Source of the DNA: Gammaproteobacteria bacterium
GTDB lineage: Bacteria > Pseudomonadota > Gammaproteobacteria > CAKMZV01
Length of the DNA stretch: 64,000 nucleotides
Assembly (NCBI GenBank): GCA_965277775.1
Contig: OZ255843.1
Coordinates: 160,306-224,305, forward strand
Direction: 5' to 3'
Position numbers and translations under genes: made by a program. This document shows, in pieces, positions 20,667-30,108 of the stretch. Each line of letters opens with the position of its first letter. The first letter of the stretch is position 1. The notes beneath the pieces are model-generated. The model did no database searches, had not been told where the DNA came from, and saw only the letters and a list, made by a program, of their open reading frames with translations.

Positions 20667-22631
20667 TCACAACTTAGCTTTGATCTGATCAACCAAATGT
20701 TGTGCGGTCAGTCCATAATGCTCATAAAGCGCTTCAATTGAGCCTGAGGCGCCAAATTGATCGATGCCGACGGTCACTTGCGGTCTTTCTGCCAATGCTC
20801 GCCAAGATAGGGTTGAGCCTGCTTCAATCGAGGCCAACACACAATAATCACCGAGCACATCGGCTCGTTCAGAGGCACTCAATTGGCTAAAACGTGATAA
20901 ACACGGGGTTGAAATAACGCGACAGCCAAAGCCCTGTGCTTCTAAGGTTTGTTGTGCTGCGACTGCAATGGCAACTTCCGAGCCTGTGGCCATGATGCTC
21001 ACTTGTAAATCTTTGGATTCTAAAACCAAAGGATAAGCGCCCTGCTTTGACTTGTTTTCACTGCAATGGGTTTGGCGCAGCAAAGGCAAGCCTTGTCGAG
21101 ATAAAGCAATAACAGTCGGCTGGTTATTTTCTAAAGCCAACTGCCAACACTCAGCGGTCTCAACCGTATCACAAGGACGAAGCACCATCAAATTTGGAAT
21201 GGCGCGCAATGCATTGATGGTTTCAACGGGCTGATGGGTGGGGCCGTCTTCGCCCAATCCAATTGAGTCGTGGGTCATGATATAAATCACCTTGATGCCC
21301 ATCAAAGCGGCCAATCGAATCGATGGGCGACAATAATCGGTAAACACCAAAAATGTCCCACCGTAAGGAATCAAACCGCCGTGCAAAGCGATGCCGTTCA
21401 TGGCCCCCGCCATACCGTGTTCGCGAATGCCGTAATAAACATAGCGTCCTTGGCGATTGTCGGCATTGAAAATGGCTTGATCACTACCCTTGGTCAGATT
21501 AGAACCCGTCAAATCAGCCGATCCGCCGAGTAATTCTGGCACAGCTTCTAGGATATCGTTTAGCACAATTTGCGCCGATTGACGTGTGGCAAACGCTTTG
21601 TCATTTTGACTGTACTGCTGTTTCAGCGTTTCAAACATTTGGTCTAAATTATTAGGCAATGCGCCTTGCATACGGCGCTGAAATTCTATTTTATCTGGGT
21701 GTTGCGCCAAGCGCGATTGCCAGTTTTGATACGGTGCTTTTGAAGCTTCAGCGGATGCTTCCCAAGTCTGCTTGATTTTCGCTGGAATGACGAACGGCGC
21801 ATGGTGCCAGTTCAATTGTTCACGCACCAAAGCGACTTCTGCTTCGCCAAGTACAGCGCCATGGGATTTTTCACTGCCTTGTTTGTTGGGTGAGCCTTTG
21901 CCAATAATGGTTTTGCAAGATACCAGCACAGGCTTATCGCTGGATTTGCGCGCTTCAGCTATGGCCTGCTCAATGTCGGCAAAATCATGACCGTCGCAGC
22001 TCAGCGTGTGCCACCCAGCCGCTTGGAAGCGTTTGAGCTGATCTTCTGAGCTCGACATGCTCACCTTACCATCGATGGTGATGCCGTTGTCATCCCATAA
22101 AACAATCAACTTGTTCAGTTTTAAATGCCCCGCCAAAGCGGCGGCCTCGTAGCTGATGCCTTCCATTAAGCAACCATCGCCGGCAATCACATAGGTGTAG
22201 TGATCAACCAGGTCTTTGCCAAATTTGGCTTGCAAATGCATTTCAGCCAGCGCCATACCCACCCCATTGGAAAAGCCCTGTCCCAAAGGACCGGTTGTCG
22301 TCTCAATACCTTGACCGTGACCATATTCTGGATGACCCGCGGTACGTGCATGCAAAGTGCGGAATTTTTTTAATTCTTCAATGGGAAAATCTTCGTAGCC
22401 AGTCAAATGCAATAAGGAATAAAGGAGCATTGACCCGTGCCCTGCAGATAGAACAAAACGGTCTCTGTCAGCCCAAGCTGGATCACTGGGGCAATGCTTT
22501 AGAAACTTTGTGTAGAGCACGGTGGCGACATCGGCCATGCCCATAGGCATGCCTGGATGCCCGCAATTGGCTTGTTGTACCGCATCCATTGATAAGGCGC
22601 GAATGCTGTTGGCTAAAGGTTGAAGAGACAT
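20667..22631 (-). CDS. tkt: Transketolase
   Basis: GHPG, DRDRFVLSAGHGS, GDGCLMEG, SADL, GEDGPTHQP. Confidence 0.97.
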   Translation of the reverse strand: MSLQPLANSIRALSMDAVQQANCGHPGMPMGMADVATVLYTKFLKHCPSDPAWADRDRFVLSAGHGSMLLYSLLHLTGYEDFPIEELKKFRTLHARTAGHPEYGHGQGIETTTGPLGQGFSNGVGMALAEMHLQAKFGKDLVDHYTYVIAGDGCLMEGISYEAAALAGHLKLNKLIVLWDDNGITIDGKVSMSSSEDQLKRFQAAGWHTLSCDGHDFADIEQAIAEARKSSDKPVLVSCKTIIGKGSPNKQGSEKSHGAVLGEAEVALVREQLNWHHAPFVIPAKIKQTWEASAEASKAPYQNWQSRLAQHPDKIEFQRRMQGALPNNLDQMFETLKQQYSQNDKAFATRQSAQIVLNDILEAVPELLGGSADLTGSNLTKGSDQAIFNADNRQGRYVYYGIREHGMAGAMNGIALHGGLIPYGGTFLVFTDYCRPSIRLAALMGIKVIYIMTHDSIGLGEDGPTHQPVETINALRAIPNLMVLRPCDTVETAECWQLALENNQPTVIALSRQGLPLLRQTHCSENKSKQGAYPLVLESKDLQVSIMATGSEVAIAVAAQQTLEAQGFGCRVISTPCLSRFSQLSASERADVLGDYCVLASIEAGSTLSWRALAERPQVTVGIDQFGASGSIEALYEHYGLTAQHLVDQIKAKL

Positions 22632-22887
22632 GTATCTATTCCTATGGGTTTATCTGCTGATGTTAAGTTAGTGGTTTAAGACGAGACTTTCATCAATGCA
22701 CTCTGTCATCACTGCGTCGTCAAATGCCCTGTTTTTAATGAAAACAGAATGCATTTAAAGGGGCGCTTATTATCGGTCAAAATGCGTGGTAATTTTGGGG
22801 ATTTTTAACCCACTTCAGTCATCAGCGATGTCGTTCAACGGGGAATCACCGAGTTATTCAGCCGAATGCGCATTCAGCGCATTGTGC

Positions 22888-23997
22888 TCAAGCCAATTGC
22901 GCCGAGAGAATGCGGTATTTACTTTTGAATTCCGTGCGATCCACATAACAACCGCGCAAATGTCTGGCGCCCGTTTGCGGATCAAATTCGGCCCGACCGT
23001 GCAGTACGCGCCGATTATCAAAAACCACCATTTGATGGCTGTCCAACTTGAATTCAATGAGGAAACGCGGATCATTTAACAATCGAATCAGGGCGCGGTA
23101 GGCCAGGTAAAAATCTTGAACAATGTCTGGTGCAAGATTGAATGTATCGGCTATGTGTGCATTAAAAATGATTTCATTGACCTCACCATCAACGACTGAA
23201 ATGATCGGTTGCATGGCTCGAATGTCACAGGTGTCGTCATGAAACCTGAATGGGATTTTATGCGTACTCAACAGTTCAAAATAATAGGGATTGTCTTGTT
23301 TGAGTTGCCGTGTTGCCGAAAAACCGTCTACAAAAACCGATTCGCCTCCTTGGGATTCATTATTCAAACAATGCAAAAACTGATAACCAGGCGGTATTTC
23401 TTGATTGGGCAAGTCGGTGTGCAGCGGCAAACGTTCTGCCGTATAAGCTTGATTGATTGGGTTGGGTTTGGAGCGCACATTAAAAATGATGCCGAAATTG
23501 GTGCGTCTTAAATGGCCAAGCCGCTCTGCTACCTGCTCCATGGCATTGTCTTCATCAGACATATTATTCACCAAGCTCAATCCATAACGAGCCATAATGC
23601 CTAACCATTCATACAAGGCTTTGTCATCCTTAATCAAATCCTGATATTGCGCTGTCGGTACAGTAATACTGCTGTCCCATAGTTGAGGCTCAGGCATCAT
23701 TAAAAATGCATCAAATGAATCGGTGTAGTGGTGCTGCTCTAACCACGTTAAATCATAGACAGAGCGATGGTCGTGTTCGGACCAAACAATCTCTAATTGG
23801 TCATCGTTAAAAGTGCATTCGAACGGTCTTATGTTGTCGCTGACGCTCAGCAAATCGAAGGTGCGTTCCTTGGTGATGGGATGAAAAGCCGTTGAACAAT
23901 TATCACGCAACCACAAGTAGTTATATTCCAACGCTTTGCCATCAACGCAGTTTAAAATTAAACTGGTTTCATTTAACTGAATATTTTTAATTTTCAT
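22888..23997 (-). CDS. Gamma-butyrobetaine/trimethyllysine dioxygenase-like (TauD family with N-terminal GBBH domain)
   Basis: WLRDNC N-terminal domain, LPLHTD iron-binding motif, FDNRRVLHGR, RHLRGCY. Confidence 0.85.
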   Translation of the reverse strand: MKIKNIQLNETSLILNCVDGKALEYNYLWLRDNCSTAFHPITKERTFDLLSVSDNIRPFECTFNDDQLEIVWSEHDHRSVYDLTWLEQHHYTDSFDAFLMMPEPQLWDSSITVPTAQYQDLIKDDKALYEWLGIMARYGLSLVNNMSDEDNAMEQVAERLGHLRRTNFGIIFNVRSKPNPINQAYTAERLPLHTDLPNQEIPPGYQFLHCLNNESQGGESVFVDGFSATRQLKQDNPYYFELLSTHKIPFRFHDDTCDIRAMQPIISVVDGEVNEIIFNAHIADTFNLAPDIVQDFYLAYRALIRLLNDPRFLIEFKLDSHQMVVFDNRRVLHGRAEFDPQTGARHLRGCYVDRTEFKSKYRILSAQLA

Positions 23998-24047
23998 ACC
24001 GATATAATGACCCGCTTATTAGCAATTAATCATGCGGCAATAATACC

Positions 24048-25475
24048 ATGACAACAACGAAAAACAGCAATAAATTTTACCTAAATGGTGACTGGGTAAT
24101 ACCCCATGGCAAAACACAATTGGCCGTCATCAATCCAGCCACAGAACAGTGCATAGATCATATCACTTTGGGCGATGAAACCGATGTCAATCTTGCCGTT
24201 GAAGCGGCCAATCAAGCATTTGAATCCTATGCCAACTATTCGGTGGAACAACGCGTGCAATTATTGCAAGCAATCTTAGCTGGACTCAAAGCACGAAGCC
24301 AGGAACTGGCACAAGCCATGACCTTAGAAATGGGCGCACCGTGTACTTTCTCTATAGAGCAACAAGTGGCGTCTGGCATTGAACATTGTGAAGTCATGAT
24401 CGACTGTCTCCAATCTTTTGAATTTTCCGAACAACGCCAAAATGGATTGGTTCGTCTTGAACCGATCGGGGTTTGTGGATTGATCACCCCTTGGAACTGG
24501 CCACTCAACCAAATTGCCTGCAAGGTGTTTCCTGCGCTTGCCGCAGGTTGCACCATGGTTTTAAAACCCAGCGAAATCGCACCTTTGAGCGCCATTTGCT
24601 TTGCTGAAATATTACACCAAGCCAAGGTGCCAGCGGGTGTGTTTAACTTGGTCCATGGCACAGGCGAAGTTGTTGGCAATGCTTTATCAAGCCATCCAGA
24701 TGTTCAGATGATGTCTATCACCGGTTCGACCCGTGCAGGCATTGCGGTTGCCAAAGCCAGTGCTGATACGGTAAAACGTGTGCATCAAGAACTCGGCGGC
24801 AACTGCCCCAATCTCATCCTAAGCGATGCCCCTTTAGAAAAAGCAGTCACCGATGGACTGCTCAGTGTGTTCTCAAACAGCGGACAAACTTGTGACTCAC
24901 CGCAACGCATGCTTGTACCTGAAGATCAGTTAGAACAAGCCATAGACATTGCACAACGTGTGGCTGCTAGCATCCGCATTGGCTCGGTGGACGACCCCAC
25001 CACTGAATTGGGGCCATTGGTCAGCCAACAACATTGGCAAAAAGTTCAATCACTGATTCAACTGGCATTAGATGAAGGCGCAACGGCGGTCACTGGCGGG
25101 CTGGGTACGCCTGAGCACTGTCCTGTGGGTTATTATTGCAAACCCACCGTCATTGCGAACATTTCTGAACATGCGACCATTACCCAACAAGAAATATTTG
25201 GTCCTGTGGTGCTGTTGATTGGGTATAAAGATGAAGCCCACGGCATTGCCATGGCCAATGATACCGTCTATGGCTTAGGCGCCCACATTCAATCGAGCAA
25301 TCTGGCAAAAGCACAAACCATAGCGACAAAATTACGCGCAGGCACAGTTCAGATCAATTACCCCGAATACAATCTACGCGTGCCTTTTGGCGGTTTTAAA
25401 CAGTCTGGTAATGGTCGAGAGTACGCTGATTTTGGATTGCACGACTACTTGGAATACAAATCCATCATCAGCTAA
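24048..25475 (+). CDS. Aldehyde dehydrogenase
   Basis: ITPWNWP, KPSE, TGST, ELGG, NSGQTC catalytic Cys, EIFGP, PFGGFKQSG. Confidence 0.95.
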   Translation: MTTTKNSNKFYLNGDWVIPHGKTQLAVINPATEQCIDHITLGDETDVNLAVEAANQAFESYANYSVEQRVQLLQAILAGLKARSQELAQAMTLEMGAPCTFSIEQQVASGIEHCEVMIDCLQSFEFSEQRQNGLVRLEPIGVCGLITPWNWPLNQIACKVFPALAAGCTMVLKPSEIAPLSAICFAEILHQAKVPAGVFNLVHGTGEVVGNALSSHPDVQMMSITGSTRAGIAVAKASADTVKRVHQELGGNCPNLILSDAPLEKAVTDGLLSVFSNSGQTCDSPQRMLVPEDQLEQAIDIAQRVAASIRIGSVDDPTTELGPLVSQQHWQKVQSLIQLALDEGATAVTGGLGTPEHCPVGYYCKPTVIANISEHATITQQEIFGPVVLLIGYKDEAHGIAMANDTVYGLGAHIQSSNLAKAQTIATKLRAGTVQINYPEYNLRVPFGGFKQSGNGREYADFGLHDYLEYKSIIS

Positions 25476-25479
25476 GCAT

Positions 25480-26937
25480 TTATTGTTTGACGTAGTTGGC
25501 ATCGTCGTATTGAAAAATCCAACGATCTTGACCATCACGAGCGATCATTATGGTTGCCGTGGTTTCTCTTTGATGTCTATACAAATGCTCAGACACAGGG
25601 ATTAAGGCAAAGGTTCTGCCATTCTGGTTATAGAACAACTTTTTACCACGCGAAAACAACTCAATGCGCTCATTGCTCGGCCTAAACCGATAGGTTGCTG
25701 AAACATAAGTGCCTGATAGGGCTTGAATGGTGTTCTTATCTAAGGTCAGCTTATAAGGCGGTGGCGGTTGGCTTCTTGGCACCCCCTCAATCAAATAATC
25801 CTCCAACACCTGGCGCACGGCATTGAGCTTGTCCTTACGAAACACATTGATGACCACATAAAAACCGCGTTGACTTTCTGGCGAAAAGCCTAAAAATGAC
25901 AAATAACCATCGCCATCGCCCCCATGGCCATACAACAGTCGCCCTTTGTTATAAAAAGGATACAAACCCAGACCATAACCATAAGCCATACCATTACGTG
26001 CCGATAAAGTCGTTCTGGGTTGCGTTAAATCCGCCATCAACGCTTTGGGCAATACGCGTTTGCCATTGACCCTGCCCTCACTTACGAGCAACTCCAACAA
26101 AGCCGCCATATCGCTTAAACGTACATTCAACGCCCCAAAACTTTTAAACGACATTTGCCAATAGGGAATCACACTTTGACCATCGCTGTCATAACCGGTG
26201 GCCAGCCCCTTTAACACCACATCACTCGCCAATAAATCAGCCGATTGCATGCCAATAGGCTGCAATACCTGTTGTTTTAAAAACTGGTGAAATGGGGTTT
26301 TTGTTGCTTGTTCAATCGCATGTTCAACAAAGCCATAACCTGCATTGGAATAAGAATGGAATAGCCCGGGTTCCCATAAAACCTTGCGATGCGGAATGCC
26401 ATTTTTCAATGCTTGCTCTAATGAATAAGGTGCATTGTCAAACATCTCTTGTGACGACAAATCGGTCAAACCGGCACTGTGTTCAAGCAACATCCTCAGC
26501 GTTATCGCTGTTTTATAAGGATTGTCCCAATGGTTAGGTGAAAGGTATTTTGCTAAGGGATCGTTTAATGACAAAGTCGTTTGCTGCTCCGCCACCTTGG
26601 CCGCCAATCCCGTCATGAGTTTTGTTATAGAACCAATCCGAAAATAATGGTCTGACGTCAATGCCGTTTGATTGGCTATCTTTGCCAAGCCTAATGTGCC
26701 GCTGTCGATTATTTTCTCTGGCTGGGATGAATCCAAAAGCACAAAGCCCAGACCAGGGATATCCAAGCGTTTATGTATGGCCGATAATCGTTGAACCACT
26801 TGGTTATGGGATAGGGAACGCTTGCTGTTCATCGGTCCATCTGCTGCCTGTGCGACTGAGCCAGCTAAGGTGAAAATCGCGCCCATACAGAGGCAGATAA
26901 TCAAATAGCTTCTTAATAAGTAAGGGCAAAGTTTCAT
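25480..26937 (-). CDS. Secreted serine hydrolase (beta-lactamase class C / S12-like)
   Basis: Signal peptide ending AQA, SITK (SxxK), YSN, HGG motifs. Confidence 0.88.
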   Translation of the reverse strand: MKLCPYLLRSYLIICLCMGAIFTLAGSVAQAADGPMNSKRSLSHNQVVQRLSAIHKRLDIPGLGFVLLDSSQPEKIIDSGTLGLAKIANQTALTSDHYFRIGSITKLMTGLAAKVAEQQTTLSLNDPLAKYLSPNHWDNPYKTAITLRMLLEHSAGLTDLSSQEMFDNAPYSLEQALKNGIPHRKVLWEPGLFHSYSNAGYGFVEHAIEQATKTPFHQFLKQQVLQPIGMQSADLLASDVVLKGLATGYDSDGQSVIPYWQMSFKSFGALNVRLSDMAALLELLVSEGRVNGKRVLPKALMADLTQPRTTLSARNGMAYGYGLGLYPFYNKGRLLYGHGGDGDGYLSFLGFSPESQRGFYVVINVFRKDKLNAVRQVLEDYLIEGVPRSQPPPPYKLTLDKNTIQALSGTYVSATYRFRPSNERIELFSRGKKLFYNQNGRTFALIPVSEHLYRHQRETTATIMIARDGQDRWIFQYDDANYVKQ

Positions 26938-27059
26938 TGAGCAAATGACTGGTGAAGCGATTTAAACGTTGACTATTGATGGTCGAAACGTCTATCAACA
27001 CAAAACGACCAAAGAGACTGGTTCATACGCTCAAATCTGTTACTCTGAGCCCATAAAAA

Positions 27060-27722
27060 TTACGCTCTTTGATATAAAACAGTCTCACCTCGCCTGCCGT
27101 CTGCCAACAACACTTCTTCAAAATCCTCAATAACCGCTCGTTTGGTCATGGGCAACTCACAAAGCTTCTTTTGCCAAGCATCTATAAGGGGCAAACCTTC
27201 GTATAATCCGACGTTGAAATGTTTCTCAAAGAATTGCTGACGCCAAAATATGGTGGCAAAAGCAATGTCTGGCATACTGATTTTTTCACCACCAAAGTAC
27301 GGACCTTTGACAAAATCACTGGCAAACGTCAATCGCCCTTTCAAATAATCAAGGTTAGATTGATAGGTGTGCTTGGTTTTTGCCATTGAAAGGCCATATT
27401 GCGCAGACAATAAATCTGAGGCAAACTCATTCCACGCCCGTTGCGCCGCTTTTTCCAAAGGGTCCGTTGCATAAAGCGGCAAACTCAACTCATCAGACAA
27501 CCAATCTGCAATGATCTGCGATTCAAATAAAACCGTTTTGCCTGACTCGGTTTCAACCACCAACAAAGGCACCTTGCCCAAAGGCGATATATCCTTGAAC
27601 CATTGAGGCGGATCAGATAACTGGATAAATTCGATGTCATAAGGTTGCTCAGCCAACTCTAATACCATCGCGGCACGCTGAACAAATGGGCACAAATTAA
27701 AACTAATGAGGGTCAATTTCAT
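27060..27722 (-). CDS. Glutathione S-transferase family protein (omega-like)
   Basis: CPFVQR, SPLGKVP, LFESQII. Confidence 0.9.
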   Translation of the reverse strand: MKLTLISFNLCPFVQRAAMVLELAEQPYDIEFIQLSDPPQWFKDISPLGKVPLLVVETESGKTVLFESQIIADWLSDELSLPLYATDPLEKAAQRAWNEFASDLLSAQYGLSMAKTKHTYQSNLDYLKGRLTFASDFVKGPYFGGEKISMPDIAFATIFWRQQFFEKHFNVGLYEGLPLIDAWQKKLCELPMTKRAVIEDFEEVLLADGRRGETVLYQRA

Positions 27723-27872
27723 AAATACTCCGTGTATGTCATTGCTGTTGTATTAGCGATTATCATACCACGAATAACCTCAAGGGTTGTTTGTTCCTTC
27801 CCCAAAAATAATGCGTGGAAATGGTGAATCTAGAATGCATGCATACGATAAATTTGGAGGACAGATCACCAA

Positions 27873-27896
27873 TGCCTGTAAGAACATTTACAGGCA
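27873..27896. terminator. Hairpin downstream of the island operon
   Basis: TGCCTGTAA-gaacat-TTACAGGCA 9-bp stem; weak U-tract. Confidence 0.35.
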
Positions 27897-27898
27897 AC
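27889..27898 (+). repeat. Left copy of direct repeat TACAGGCAAC flanking the AT-rich island
   Basis: Identical 10-mer at 32444-32453 (12/13 match when extended). Confidence 0.45.
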
Positions 27899-27957
27899 CT
27901 ATTCAATAAAGAATGGTGTTTAGCTAGTAATTTAAATTAATAATGTAGATGCTTTAT

Positions 27958-30108
27958 TTAGGGGATATTACTTATTTTCCAACTGATTAATGCCCTTTCA
28001 GCAGCAGCTTTGGTTAACCATACAATTTCACTTATACGCTTTATATTTTCACTTTTTGTTGCTTCTTCAAAACACACCTCACAACAGACTTGCTGTAAGT
28101 TTTTATATTTTAATGGCCTATCAGAAAATAAATTCCTTGCCCTATGAAAATTGTATTTGCCAATATTTATTCCAATTAATGCCGAATAAAAATCTTTTGG
28201 GTAGCTTAGATTTAATCTAGTATTAATATGCTCCTTTATAATATCTGTTTCAATAATTTTATTTGTTGAATGCATCAATTTCATTATCAAGCCCATAATT
28301 TCAGAAACATTAACGTTTTCAAAAGCTTTTTCGGGAGTTGTGTACATTGTTCTATCAATATGGACAACCTTTTCTTCTTTTATCAATTCCTGTAAATAAT
28401 AATGTGCATGCTGCATGCTTTTACTTCGTATTACTTCAGCAATCTCATATATTGTCATTGCTCCTTTTGCACGGCTTAGCGCTTGAACAATAACTTTCCT
28501 CTGAGTTACCCGTTCACAATTTTCAAATATGCTGACATGGTCAACACCTGAACGACCATTAAAAATCACACCAACTGCACCACCGTACTCTTTAACAATA
28601 TGTCTTAATGTAAAGTATTCAATTTCTGGACGCTCATTCTTTGTTTGTTGGAAAAAGTCATGTAAATTAATAGCGGTAATTTTATTCAACTCAAAATATT
28701 CTAAAAGATGCAATAAAATTGAATCTAAATCAAATTCATTAATATCAAGAAATTTTTTATGTCTATAGTGTCCATGACTACACAAATAAATATATTCAGA
28801 ATCATTAAACCCATGAGTCGATCGTTCAGCATTTATATGTTTTGCAATTCCTAGCTTATTAGCAATTTTTGCTATATCTTTCCAGGGCAATCCTTCGGGG
28901 TGAGAAACAAGCACATGCGCAATAGCTTCTTTCTGTCTTAAATTTTGAGGGACTATGCCATCATGTTCAGATTTAATCACACCCAATTTAATCATTTTAT
29001 TTACCGTCATTTCAGCTAGAGCACTGGTGTATCCAAAATATGAAGTTAATTCTACAAGGACGGCATGTTTAGGCACAGGGGAAGGGGTTACACAAAAATA
29101 GGGATCTAGAATTCTTTTGTTTTTTAAAGGACTATTTGTTAAGGGAATAGAGCCTTCATTGATACTGCCCTTTTTTTTATGGCAACATAGTTCTAAAAAA
29201 TTTAAAAATGTTTTTTCTGATTCAAAGCATTTATATAAATGGGGTAAACATTGTGTTAAGTCGTCATTTAAACTTCCTTGTAAATTTGCCCATAACACTT
29301 CAGGATGGATTCTAATAGATAGCAACAATTTTTCATTATTTTGTTGTTCAAGTTGTCGTACTCTTTCCCTAGTACATCCGTATTCTTTAGCAATTCCTTC
29401 CAATGTCTTAGTCTTATGATTATATCCCCATCGTGATAATGCAATATATTGTTGTAAATCACTTAAAGACCATAAGTATTTTTCGATATCATCAAGTAAA
29501 TATTTTTCAATGACACTCATTGAATAAAATTTAATTTCACTAGAAACCAAAAGCTCTGAATCGAAGATCGAAAGGTTGGAATGATTACCTGCTATATTTA
29601 TTAATTCAGATGTAATTCTTGCTTGCAAAGAAATCAGCGAATTTGAATAGGATTTTCCAATGCCTTTTGTTCTATTTAAATCATTCTCTTCTAATTCAAT
29701 AATATCTTTTGCCGATATTGCACCAAAAAAGCGTTCTAATTTTTCAAGTGATTTTATTTCGCTGTCACTTAAAGATTGATAATTTAAATGAAGATTTGAA
29801 AGAGCTGATGGAATAATACAAAACCTTGGATGGATTTCAAATTTATTCTCTTTCAGTGACGTCAATGAATAATCCATTCTTTCGGTCAATTCTCTTTGTA
29901 ATTGAGCCAATAGGTGCACATATTTTTTCCCAACAGCTGGTAATGAATTAAAATATTTTAAGTCTAAATCTAATATCCCACCAACATTCTCAGGTATTTT
30001 GTTAGTACGCGAACTATTAAAATTGCAGATTCGTTTAAATAACTTTTTATATTTTGATGGCAATTTAGAAAAAGGAATTGCCCGGAAATCATCAAAAACA
30101 TTAGTCAT
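27958..30108 (-). CDS. 716-aa protein: two alpha-CTD-like HhH units, a sigma70 region-4 domain and multiple winged-helix domains
   Basis: NVGGILDLDLKYFNSLPAVGKK and AKDIIELEENDLNRTKGIGKS; LSDLQQYIALSRWG...TLEGIAKEYGCTRERVRQLE; ATG at 30108 overlaps the upstream stop (ATGACTAA). Confidence 0.8.
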   Translation of the reverse strand: MTNVFDDFRAIPFSKLPSKYKKLFKRICNFNSSRTNKIPENVGGILDLDLKYFNSLPAVGKKYVHLLAQLQRELTERMDYSLTSLKENKFEIHPRFCIIPSALSNLHLNYQSLSDSEIKSLEKLERFFGAISAKDIIELEENDLNRTKGIGKSYSNSLISLQARITSELINIAGNHSNLSIFDSELLVSSEIKFYSMSVIEKYLLDDIEKYLWSLSDLQQYIALSRWGYNHKTKTLEGIAKEYGCTRERVRQLEQQNNEKLLLSIRIHPEVLWANLQGSLNDDLTQCLPHLYKCFESEKTFLNFLELCCHKKKGSINEGSIPLTNSPLKNKRILDPYFCVTPSPVPKHAVLVELTSYFGYTSALAEMTVNKMIKLGVIKSEHDGIVPQNLRQKEAIAHVLVSHPEGLPWKDIAKIANKLGIAKHINAERSTHGFNDSEYIYLCSHGHYRHKKFLDINEFDLDSILLHLLEYFELNKITAINLHDFFQQTKNERPEIEYFTLRHIVKEYGGAVGVIFNGRSGVDHVSIFENCERVTQRKVIVQALSRAKGAMTIYEIAEVIRSKSMQHAHYYLQELIKEEKVVHIDRTMYTTPEKAFENVNVSEIMGLIMKLMHSTNKIIETDIIKEHINTRLNLSYPKDFYSALIGINIGKYNFHRARNLFSDRPLKYKNLQQVCCEVCFEEATKSENIKRISEIVWLTKAAAERALISWKISNIP

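Noticed and set aside
24790-24810. ALDH motif ELGGN instead of ELGGK as a sign of inactivation
   Set aside because: ELGGN is a common natural variant; the catalytic Glu and Cys are intact
27958-30108. Calling this gene a sigma factor or rpoA
   Set aside because: No recognisable sigma region 2 or alpha N-terminal domain; only the DNA- and activator-contacting modules are present
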